From contig OZ281500.1 of NCBI GenBank assembly GCA_965637545.1, positions 16,492,001 through 16,556,000 on the forward strand: DNA of 64,000 bases, in the 5' to 3' direction. The notes beneath the pieces were generated by a model, which searched no databases, was not told the DNA's origin, and was given only the letters and a program-made list of their open reading frames with translations. Origin of the DNA: Phallusia mammillata (taxonomy: Eukaryota). Shown piece by piece: positions 23,802-36,500 of this stretch. The position numbers and the translations under genes were made by a program. The number at the start of each line of letters is the position of its first letter. The stretch's first letter is position 1.

Positions 23802-26800
23802 ATGACGATAAATGTGCCTGGTTTGGTTGCAATAATTGTGTTTTATCTTCTGATTGTCGCTGTGGGTATATGGGCGGCATGGTACAAAAGAAACAAAGGA
23901 GCTGGAAAGAAGACTCAATCAATCATGATTGCCGGAAGAGACATTGGACTTTTTGTTGGCTCTTTCACAATGACTGGTGAGGATTATGAGCCCCAAATTT
24001 AATGGAAACTACATTTTTTTTTCAATATCGTACATGTGGCAAAACAGTTGGATAAACTATAATTCCAATTTAATTAAACGGTTTCGTTGACAACACCTTT
24101 TATAATCACTGCGGTTATTTTACATATTTACATTTGCAGGTAAAGTATTTGGGCTTATATTTTATTGGATAAAACCATGCTAAATTTTTGAAAAAGCTAG
24201 TAGTTTTTAAGTTTGTTGTGTACGTTCTGTCCATTGGTGCAAGCAATTGTGATGGATCGCCGGCAAAACACGTTCATGCAGTTCTGCCCTTGGTAGAGCG
24301 AAACGAGTAAATAAATCGCTTGAATAAATATTTTTGGCGTTAAACTCTATGGGACGGCTGACTATGAGAGTTTTTGGTTATGCCAATGGATCGTATTAAT
24401 TTAAAGAAAAGCTTACGTTTCTGACAAAAACAACATGATTCACCCCACGATCACGAAAAAGACTCATCGAGAATGACGTCATCGCCGTAAGCACAATTGC
24501 GTCACAAACTTTGGGGCAAAAACACGTAAAACTTTATTCCATTAGCAACTTAAATTTCTTGTTTCAAGTCCACTTTAACACAAACTGGAAACATTAAAAC
24601 TTTGAAATGTCAATATACAACAGTGCGGATTTGGAAAATATTTTATTGCATCAAGTTGGCAAGTTCTGAAACTATTATGCCATGGGCAAAGTTATGTTTT
24701 ATTTAATACCGCTTGGGGCTAGTTTATTTTGGACGGGTCATGTTCAAACTGTAGTAATCATAAAACCAGTCAAGCCAGGCTGACGAAAGCCCTAAATTAA
24801 ACGCATTACAATAAGATATATCTTGCCTTCGGCATTAACTGTTGTATTTACGACTTTTATTGAATGTTGACAATTGTTAAGCGCCTGAAAGGTATTTGTA
24901 GTTTGATGAGTGCCGACTTTTTTTTATGTTGACGTCTTGTGACTGTTTAATTATTTTCCAATGTTAAAATAATTTGTCCCTTAAACCGCCAGACAAAGTC
25001 CTGCAGACAGTTGTGTATTCACCCTCAAAACTCAGTACACACGATTCGTTTTACGCTTCGGTTCTTGCAGGTGTTGTATAATATTTCAGCAAACATGTTG
25101 TCACCAAACCTTTTAAAAAAAATTGTTAGACGAGTTTGAAATTGTTAGACGACACGAAGCTAGATAAAGTCTGGTAGGATTTTCAATTCAATTTGACATT
25201 TCGTAAATCATAGTGTATAGTGTTACATGCAAGAAAATTAATCAAGTGCAAAAACGTTTTTTAGCCAAAAAACTAAGTAATTATTGCGGTCTACTGACTA
25301 GCTCCATAATTAAATGTTTATCTTTCCAACTGAAACCAACAAAAAATAATGTATAATTTAAAATTACCCATATACATTACTTGCTGCATTACAAAACAAG
25401 TTGCTACGTTTTTTAGACAATTTGTTACTTTATGCTTCTCGAGGACTTTTCAATTTTGCTATTTTACTTTTCTAGCTACTTGGGTTGGTGGAGGTTACAT
25501 TAACGGAACTGCCGAATACGTTTACACTCCCGGTTTTGGTCTACTCTGGACCCAAGCACCTTTCGGTTACTCGATCTCTTTAATACTCGGCGGGTTGTTT
25601 TTCGCCAAGAAAATGAGAGAAAACGTAAGATCAAATCGTATTTCTGAACATGTGATTCATGTATTTACCCGTTACCCTGGGTACTGATACGCATTCGGTT
25701 GCTAAAGTTGTTTTTTAAAGGGTTTATCAACACTTCTGTGATTTAAATAGTTTAAAGGTAAAATTTTAGCACATTGCATAGAAACTCCTCCACACTAACC
25801 TTTGATGGCTGGCGGCATTTGTATTGTTGTCCCGTGTTTATCGAATTCTTCCGCCAAGTAAGGCACCTCCTTGTTTTTAACCGCGTTTTACGTCACAGAG
25901 ATACGTCACAATGCTGGATCCTCTTCAACAGAAATTGGGACGGCCGATGGGGGCGCTGTTGTACCTTCCAGCATTGTTGGGGGAGCTTTTCTGGTCAGCA
26001 GCTATATTGGTAGCTTTGGGTATGTTTTAGGTTGTACTTAGTATTCTTATTTTATGACCACGTAAAAATATGTATCTATAACAGTTTAAACACTGCACAA
26101 TGTTTTTAATTAAGGTGGAACGCTGACAATTATAGCCGGATTAGATGAGAATATTGCGATTGTAATATCAGCTTGCATAGCGGTTTTGTACACATTGATC
26201 GGTGGAATGTACTCCGTAGCTTATACGGATGTCGTGCAACTGATTTGTATTCTCGTTGGCCTGGTAAGCAAATGATTTTTGTTTTGGTTCGTGGTTTGGT
26301 TTGTAAAATTCGTTGTTTATAAATAAATGTTTGAACGTTATTAAAGCATAAGTGAGTCAAATCATTATACTCCAAAATTGGACTTGGTTAGACGTAAAAC
26401 AACGTTGTAAGTTTTGGTTGTTAAATTCGAACCTTTTACCCCTTGGTGACTTTGCGCATAGTTGTGTGTGGAGTATTAAACTCGAACCGCGACTTACAAA
26501 TCTGACTCCCAAGACAGTCCAATGTGTGTTGACTAAATAAACAAAAAAACATGTGTGAAAAGTATTTACAACTTTATGGCATTTTTGCAATATGCTAACG
26601 ATAAAATCTTACCAAAATGTATAAAAAAACGCTTATTTTCCAGACCGTTGCATTACCATTTGCTTTCACACATGAAGCGGTATCGAGTATTTCGGAAACC
26701 GCATATGATAACGGAACGTGGCTCGGTGTCTGGGACAACAATTCTGCTGGTTTATGGGTTGATTCTGCTTTGCTACTGGTATACTGAATAAACTAACTTT

Positions 26801-29001
26801 ATTTATATCGGAAATAAATTCCAGATAGCTTCAATAGCGACCAAACCACAGATTGGATGTTTTTGTGATACGGTCATATCAACGTATCACAAAAACAGGT
26901 TTACAATATATCATAAATCTTCGCGCTTACTGTAGCTTTTGCTAAAATCTTACAATGTTGTGATTTGTTTATGTATCATTCGGTAACATTGGATTTTGAG
27001 ATCATGTTCGCTATGTCAACTATAGATCTTTGGTGGAATTCCGTGGCAAGTTTATTTCCAACGTGTCCTTTCGTCAAACTCATCACGAAACGCCCAACTT
27101 CTTTCCTTCGTCGCGTCAGCTGGATGTCTTATAATGTCTGTCCCTTCAATCTTAATCGGGGCGGTCGCTGCGTCTACAAGTAAGTCGTAAAAAAACATGT
27201 TAAATATGAAAGCAAATATAAATATTGAGGAGTGTAAAACTATCGTAGCAGTGCAGCTTGTTGGTTGATCATCATTTTAGACATGGTAACACCGAGACTG
27301 TGTAGTTATGTTAGTAGAGCGCTAGACCCGGATAGGCTTCTCTGGGTTTCAGCTTCCTTTTGACATTATTTGACCCCTTCAAATGGCATTATTGTTTTGT
27401 ACAGTGACTTACACCAGAGTGTGTCGTTGAAGTGGACCAATATTAGAGTTTCAAGGGCAGCACTAATAAAAATCCCCTTAAATTTTGTATTTCTACTATA
27501 ATCCAAATTTTAAAATCAGTTTGTATTAGCTCAAAGGTTTACAGGAACAATATATAACTCGATTTTGCAAGCGTTGGAGGATATAGTTTGTAAAAAGAAG
27601 ATGAAGATTAAGAGTTGTCTTTGTAGAAACGTGTTCGTTTTTTGACATAGATTGGACAGCGACTACATACGGCAATGTGACTCCAGCAGACAACGGACAA
27701 GCTCCACTGATTCTACCGATCGTTTTGCAACACTTGACACCTACAGCTGTTTCGTTTATTGGCCTTGGTGCGGTATCGGCTGCTGTGATGTCCTCAGCCG
27801 ATTCGAGCATCTTATCATCATCCAGTATGTTCACCAGAAACGTCTACAACAAGCTGTTTCGTCCAAGGGTAAGGTCATCTTTCCAGTTGAATTTACACGT
27901 TTTGACTAGTTTTAAATAGGTGCAGATTTGCTCAGATATTTGAGTGTACTAGAATTTTGGTATCAGCTGCGGTCTTTGCAATATACGTGCTGCACTGAAC
28001 GATAATTATAAAGAAGTTCTTAACCAATCCCCGTGATAATAATGTCATCATACACAAATCAGACTACAACTTGTTGACGAGAATTTTGCAATTCCAGTGA
28101 CAAGATTTTTAGCCGGTTTTTTAAACTGAATTCTGCCTCATCATTGGTGTTGTTAGTCTTTAGGAGTTTGGGTTTAAAATTGATTGTTAACATAAATGTG
28201 TAGTCGAATACCTCGTAGATATAATGCTTTTATCTACGAAGTAAAGGTTTTTTCCATACCAGGCATCAGAGAGGGAACTGGTTTGGGTGATGCGGGTGAC
28301 AGTTATCGTTCTGGCTGCAATCGCAACTGTTCTAGCAATCACCATCAAATCCATATACGTTCTCTTTTTTCTTTGTTCTGACCTGATATTCGTCTTGCTC
28401 TTTCCCCAGGTGAGCATTGCACTTTCACGAAAATTGTAAACAATACAATTTGTTTCGCAAAATGCTGTAATTTAGGCGCATAATTTTCATCTAAAAAAAA
28501 TATGTCTTGTGATGCGAACAGTATAGCTATTTAAATACATGTTGGTGCTTTAAACCACACGTAACATACTCGTGCACAAACCAAAAGTTCTTTTCTCTAT
28601 TTCAGCTTCTATCGGTCCTGTATTTTGATCCCAACACATACGGTTCTATCCTTGCGTTCATCATTGGTCTCCTTTTGCGAGTTGGCGGTGGCGAAGCGTT
28701 AATTAACTTTCCACCTTTTATACCTTACCCTGGAAACAACGGAACGACTACCAATTTTCCCTTCAAAACCTTCTCAATGTTAATTTCACTCATCACTTTG
28801 CTTCTGGTGTCGTACATAGCAAAAATGCTGTTTGTAAAAGGGTGGATTCCCGCGCGTTATGACGTGTTTCAGTGCAAATTGGCCGAAGGAGGGCGTTCTA
28901 TTGCACAAAAAGATGAACCTACGGAGATTGACCTTGGAACAGGACTGGAGAAAGAGGGGATTGATAACACAGCTTTTCCAGAAATGACAACAAAAACCTG
29001 A
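23802..29001 (+). CDS. SLC5A7: high-affinity choline transporter 1-like (SSS family); exons 23802-23976, 25476-25624, 25899-26019, 26115-26263, 26644-26778, 27026-27179, 27651-27868, 28263-28409, 28606-29001 (547 aa)
   Basis: Motifs [89 protein letters not shown] and FPFKT match CHT1. All 8 introns are GT-AG with consistent phases. Confidence 0.95.
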
Positions 29002-30560
29002 ACGGTTCATACTTTATCTGGTTATTCAGAACAAAACAGAGTACTTATCCGTTTTTTTGCACACTGACCACTAATTTCAAAAACACATAAAACAGTTTGA
29101 TTTGTCGGTATTAAGTTTTTTGGAGCGTTGAAAAAAAGTTGAAATTTGTGTTTAGTTTCTTTCGTCGCCAGTCGTTTTAAACGACCAATAAATATATGTT
29201 CTCGGTCGCTAAAAACGTGCAAATTTTTACAGTTTGCCGAAACTTTGTTTGAAAAAATGAATCCTCATTTTGCTTACTAATACAAAATATCTAAATTTCA
29301 GTCAGAAATGAACATAAATGTTTGCGTCTTTAGCTCGAATATAATGTGTTTTACTTATCTTGTATTAAAATGGGCTTTTCGTGACAAGCTTTTTACCTTC
29401 ATACTAGTCTCTCTCTCTCTCTAAAATATTCATCAACGCTACAAAGTGGCGATTTTTCATTTTCTTGAGCTATCCTCATTTTAAAGACTAAACCTTTTGA
29501 GAATAACAAAACAATAAAAGCTTATCAAAAAAAAAAATTCGTGGACATTCATGGTACGAATTTAGTTTAAAACCGTCACACCTTGCCCGTTACATTTCTG
29601 TACTTGTTAAAACTAATTTTGGTTTTACCCTTTTACATGGTGTTTTTTACATATTGCGGCGTAACTGAATTGTTATCTTTTCTATACACGGCTTTTTCTT
29701 TTTACCTATAAGTCAACGGTAATACTTCGTTACCCTTTACAATCGCAAAGAAAAAAAAATCACTCTCAAAAAAGCAAAAAAAAGCAAAAAAGATTTTGCT
29801 GTACATGTATCGTCACTTGTTTGACGTGTTACTACAAAGAGTACAAAAGATACGTCGGCTGATGTGGCGAGTAGCAGTCACGCCAAGTTAAAACATTGGG
29901 GTTAATTTTGGGTGAAAGGTTTTACATGAGGTGAAATTTAAAAACAAATTAAAAGAAACAACAAAGCAGAAAATTAAGTCTTTACAAATATGAATTCTAA
30001 TGCAAATTACTAGCACATCGTCATTAACGCAGCAATATCATAATTAACCACAATAGGTCAATGAAAACGCCAAACAAATCTGTGTCTTTGATTCAACCCT
30101 ATTTTTATCATGATTTTAAAAATTTAAACTTTTTAGCCAATAAAACAACGTTTTCCAAAATACCGACGACGTCGCAGTAAAAACAACAAAATTAAGGTTT
30201 TGTGTGTGTGTAGTAAAATAAAAATCGCCCGTGGTAACAGATTCATGGCTTGCGTGCGGGAACAGCAAATGATCATCAGCTAAAAGGTGCCTAAAGCACG
30301 AAATTACCCCAAGTATACATGTGTCCCAATGCACTTAAACCGAGTATATACACGTGTTGATGCTGAGATCGCAGTTAGTTTTCAGGGAAAGGTGTATTTT
30401 CTGTCTAAAAACCAACTCTTCAGGCAGGGGGTTGGGGGGTCCAGTAGTGGTTTTAAATTCACAAAAAAGGAAAAAAATAGCTGTGACATCGGCAAAAGGC
30501 CGTGACCGCACCAAAAATGTTGGAAGGGGTTAGGTAAGGTGGAACAGGGGTAGATACAAA

Positions 30561-33500
30561 TTAAAACGCAGTGTTCGGATAATTTTCCACAGTGTCGTAC
30601 GCCGGGGGGTCGCTTGCGTGTGAGCTGTTTTCACCCTCGTTGAAATCGAATTTTGGTTGGATCGACTTAACAGTGATGGCATGTACCACTTCTTCATCAT
30701 CAGAATCGAATGAATTCGGGTCGCAGGAACCAAAGACTTTACGCAGCTGGGAGTGACCTTGTGCCTTATCTTCCCGCCCGTAGTCAATGTGACTTCGACG
30801 CAGTTGAGGGGTAATCAACATGTTAAGCCTCTGTTAGTTTACAAACAAAAAATAATTTGAGAATCACTACTTTGAAGTAATCAATCGCATACTATGACAT
30901 CAAGTAAACAAACTCGCGTTTTCCAGCAACTAAATTAAAATGATTTCTAGTTTTTTAAACACGTCGCACTCATTTGTACTGCTACATACGGATTGGTCCG
31001 TTCTGAGGTGATAAAGTGCATTTCACCAAAAAAATAATGTACAAAAAGATTTCTGGTGCGAAATAGTTGGGAACTATTGGTTTATTTGGTCGTTCCACTT
31101 GGTACTTACTTCAGTAAAAGATCCAGAAGCGGTGATAAATCGGTAAACAGCGTATATAGGGATAATAATCATGGAACTTGCAGCTAACACAAATCCGATG
31201 GCCGTTCCCCATTCCGGATAAACGTAAGTCTTATTGTAAACCAATGGCTCGAACTTGATTATGGCGTAAAAGAAGGTTGCCTGGACAAACGTTCAAAAAA
31301 TTGATGAATTTTGATAAATCAGGAAAGCATATTGGTAAAACAGTCAATAAAAGTATTATGGAACTTAAAAAATCAGGAAATTATGTTGTTTTTATTTACA
31401 AACAACAATTTGTTTACGTACGGTGGTCAATAGGGGAGTCCCCACGATCCAGATGTATTTCATGATGGGGATTGGACGGTATCCGATCATACGAGTTACG
31501 TTCACCCACATTCGTTCGGCACCTACACAAAAACAACATGAAATGTTACCAATCAATGTGAACTTTGCTCAAACAGTGATGTTAACTTAAATCTCAATTC
31601 TTTTCTTGTATAATTTGTCTTATTGAGATGAACGGATTTACAAAATGCTCACGAATGCACTTTGACAAAATGAAGTGTTAAAGAATTTGAATAGACAAAC
31701 GGTGATTACTTACCATAAAGCCAGGCAATAGTAAATGTTTCAAAAAATGCAACCCATAAAAGACAGACACCGCTAGCTGCGTAATAGTCAAATAACTGGA
31801 AGACGTACATTCCACCCTGCAATGTAACAAACATTTGTATTCACGTATGTTCAAAAAAGCACTTTAAACACCAAGTCTGTTAATTAAGAGTGAATCATCG
31901 TGTTTTTATTTACAATGTACGTCTTTGTATGTCACTTGTTTTCTTGGTTTAAAGTGTAATTTATAAATCGGAAGCCAAGAGAAAAGTAACACGGGACTTA
32001 TAAACTACCGACACGAGTAATAACCGCTGGCTAATACCGATCTGTAGTTGCAGTAATTTCAGAAACCTATTTGTCATCAGGAGAAGTTTGAAGAACTTTT
32101 CCTTCATCGAAAGTTCAAGGCAAAACACGGATTAGGCAAAATAAAATTAATATATTTCGGCAAGGTGACCCATAATAATCAAACCAAAAGGGATTAATTC
32201 AAATAATGAATAGACTCTTACATTAGTAACCATCGTCAGCCCTATCAGATAAGAAACCGCACACGTGATGGCGATAAAGATCTCCCGGTTGTAACCTCTA
32301 CGCAGTTGCCTTGGAAACAGATCGACGAATGATGTAATAAAGCCCTCTGTTTCGACAAACTGCAAATCACATAACAGATTTAAGTTACCACAGCATATTT
32401 TTACAGCATATTACCACAGTATATTTTTTAAGAGAATTGAAGTAACAATTCCTTTTCGTCATATTGTTTTTATTTTGGAAACGTCAATGTATTTCGGAAG
32501 TTACGTAAGAAAAATTAAAGATGTATAGCTAAAGTACAGTTCGATCATTTGGTGAATATCTATGTGTTTTCTACATTAAGAAAAGCACATAAAGATTCCT
32601 TGTCCCACCAGATAACGTAAAAAAATTCAAAAGAAAAGATTCAGCCAGCAGTCTTACACGATTTAAACCAATGTCAGTAAGAAAAGGTTAAATCCAACAA
32701 CATGCATCATAATTACCTGGCTGTCGAGACCCAGCAGTAGAAGCATGACGAAAAATAAAATCGCCCAAACAGTCGATGCAGGCATAAGTGTGATGGCCTT
32801 TGGATAAGCAATGAATGCTAAGCCGGGTCCTACGTTTGAAAGCAAAAACACTGTTATATATAACTGTGCAAATTAGCAAACGAACTTACGTTTGTTCGAA
32901 CTTTCGGAACGTTTGCTTTACACAAAATGGGGGGACAACATTAACCAACTCCGTTACCCGTATTTGATGAACAAGACATTACCCTAACTTAGAAAAAAAG
33001 ATCGACTATAACATGCATTAGTTCCGCACCATCAAGACAGGCAAATACAGAGGCTCATGGCATGGGCTACAGTGTCAACAAGGCGTTGGTTACAAAATGC
33101 GCTTTTATAGGCTTAAACCAGCAAAAAGGTAAACAAGAAAACGGGGAGTATTTTAACAAACATTTTACGCTAGCCAGTGCTGTACCGGAACCCAAAACAA
33201 ACTCATAAAATGATCGTGGTACCGCCTGGGTAATGATTATACTGACCTGATTCTGCTACTTCCGAAACATCGACCCCTTGTTCCTGGGCCATGAAACCAA
33301 GGACACTAAATATCGCGAATCCACTGATAAAACTTGTTCCAGAATTCACTAAACTAAGGATGACGCAATCCTAAAAAGTAAATTTTTTAAGCCTATTGGA
33401 AAGTTAGAACACACGTAAGTGACCAACTAAACTCGTTGATAACACAGTAATTCTCACGAGAAACAAACAAGCCAGTATATTTGCATACAACATGACGTTT

Positions 33501-36500
33501 CGACAGCAACTTGCGTCATTATCAAAATGTTGCTGTCGAAACGTCATGTTGTATGCAAATAAAAACTGGCTTGTTTGTTTCTCTTCAGAATCTTTAAAAC
33601 CGTGAATTGTGTACCTAACACAGTAATTCGTTTTTGAATATTGTTTATCAAAACTGATAAATTTAAAAGTTTTCCCCGGGCCAAAGTAAAAAAATGTTGT
33701 ATTGGTGTTAAAATCAGGAATTTTTGTTACCCTATAGCAGTTGTTGTTGAACTTATTGTAGCTTCCAAGAGAAACGAGTGCGCCGAGACAGATGGCAAAC
33801 GAGAAGAAGATTTGGGTCCCGGCATCGATCCAGACCTAGAGGATACACAATGTGACGTAATAATTACAACATAATCTAACCAGCGCTTTCAATCATTTGT
33901 CAGTCCTGTTTAAGTAAAATCGATTGTGAATAGGAAAGGCTTAAGTCTTTTAAAAGCTAAATTACGCTCCCACAAAATTGAATTGACATTTTAAACCGAC
34001 TTTTTTTTCGTTTTTAAATCTACTTAGTGAGTAGTAATTAAATGTTTGTGTTGCTTTATCGATTCTACATTTAAGGTCATTGAACAAAATGCAAAATTGA
34101 AGACGATTAAAAACGAATGCAGCAAATGCCCTACAGCAAGTCAGTAGGCCAACATGCGTCAACTTTCTGCGAAATCACAGCATACTAATTCTATAGATAT
34201 TTAGTCGACTACTAAAACATCATTGCATTTCACTGTACAAAAATCCTGTGATTTTGCCCTACGTTTGCCGCACACTTACGAAGGTCAAATAGGATTTCGC
34301 GTTTGTGGCAATCACAGACCACAAAGCAAGCTACATTACTAACAAAAACCACAAAGGAGCCAATGTTCCCAGAGTGCAATAAAGATTAGTCGGAACTAAA
34401 TCGTTTTGAGGCCAAAGCTATAGGCGTGGGATATTTGCTGTGTTCTTTAACAACGTCAGCTTAAAGCAATACTTCATCCACAACAATGTAGCATTGAAAA
34501 TCCTGTAATAGACTTGAATGTAGCTACGTTTTGGCACCACAAGAGGCAATTGTCTTGCCCTAATCCATCACAGTGACGACACAAACACTTTCAATGCGTG
34601 CATTGTTGCGTGTTTACTGTTATTTGTCTTGGTTCAGCGACCCGAGATAACCTGTGGTCGTGACCTTCACAGTGACCTTTTTATGGCGTGACAGATCACT
34701 GCAATTAATAAGTTCATTTGAAGGACGATTGGTGCTTCGTGTGAAAGATGTAAGTATTAATCATGGTGCCAAAGTACAGTGGGATTATCTCAAATGAATT
34801 TCCAACGATTGCTCATTGCTGTTGAGTCGGTGTTGTTTTCGCGCAGTTTGATTTGCAGTGTTAAATGATGATCGAAAATGCATGCCTGGTCGTTTAGCTG
34901 AACGAACCTTAACACGGGGCAGAAATTTAGGCAACACTGCAACTGTTATTCACACGTCAAAGGCCCTTTTTTACATTATTAAACACCCACAGGTGGTCTT
35001 AACGCGCTGATTATTTTACAGTTGGCAGCATTTATCATTCTTTCTTACTAAGATATGTTTGTATAAATGCCCAAAGGTTTGATTAACAGCTGTTTAGCTC
35101 ATGCCGGCTTTTAAAGCAAACAGGCACGATTCAGGCCTGACTTTGTATTTCATCGATTTGTATCGTTATTTCAAGTTGGTCAAGGTAACTTTGGCGCCTA
35201 AATCAGAACTGCTTTTTTCAAATCGGGTTTAGGCCTGGTTTTAGGCTTGTACTTTGGATTTCATGCCGAGATCAGGCCTGCTTGCAACAGGTTTGGCTGC
35301 ATTTGCGGTTTCCGCCAATCATGGGAGGAAATTTGTGGCATCGAACATTAGACTTCGCACGGGAAATGTGTGATAATTGATCGTTTGCTGTGCGACATGC
35401 AACGGTCGGGTTTGTTTAGAATTATTTGATTTTTTTTAAATGTCCATTGCGTTTCATCGTAATGTTGACACTTCCTTGCAAGAACACCAAAAATTGTAGC
35501 CTACTTCTTGTAAAAGGAAGTGCTTAAGAACAGTATGTCTATTTTAATATTTGTACATTATTAAAAGGTAGAATCGAACCGCTGTTTAATTAAAACAACA
35601 TGTACCTGCTGGAATTAATACATAACGTATTTCCAACAGGTTTGCATTGGAGAACAATTACATTTTTTCAAGTAAGTAATTGTTAAAACAATATTTGGGT
35701 TCTGCTGGCCTTGGTAAAAAATCTAGCAGCATAGCAAACTTTGTAAAAGATTTAAGGACCTCAGTTTAATACTGAATAAGAATTGGCATTCAAATATTTG
35801 GGTTTCGGTGATATATTGAAAATCTACACCCTAAAAAGCAAACTTGTAACTGAACTTACCTGGGGGTCGGCAAGTTTCGACATGTCGGGTGTCAGATAAA
35901 AGCGGATGCCATTCGCAGCTCCGGGAAGTGTCACACCGCGAATGAGAAGAATGATCAGCATCAGAAAGGGAAAAGTTGCTGTGAAATATACCACCTAGTG
36001 GAAAAAAGTCACAAGTTAGATTTAAGCTGATATCTGGTCTTCTCACTGTAAGTGGCTCTACGGTACTATAGCATTTTTACTTTCGCTATTAACTTGCCTA
36101 ACGCAGCTAGGAACAATGTTAGGCAGAAAACGGCAGTGTTGGGTTGTTTCGTAACACTGCCTTTGAGTCAAAAACAATATGTGACGCAAACAAAAACGGA
36201 AACTTGGGCGTCAAGCTTTAAAAAATTTAAAGCATTTGTAACCTAATTTAAAAGGAATCGATTCTTGTTTTAATTAAAACATCTACAATTTTAAATCAAA
36301 AACATCAAAATATTTCAAAACAAAAAATTGGCAATGTGGAACCAGTAAACAGTCGTGTAATGAGGAGCAGTTCGCGCCTCGGCGGATCGTTTTTTTTGTA
36401 ATTCGAAAACACGCGCGGTTGCTTCGTTAGAGAAAGTACTTGGAACCCTAATTCTGCAACTCGTGTTCCAAAATTTCCAAGTATTTTTTAGATACGTACT

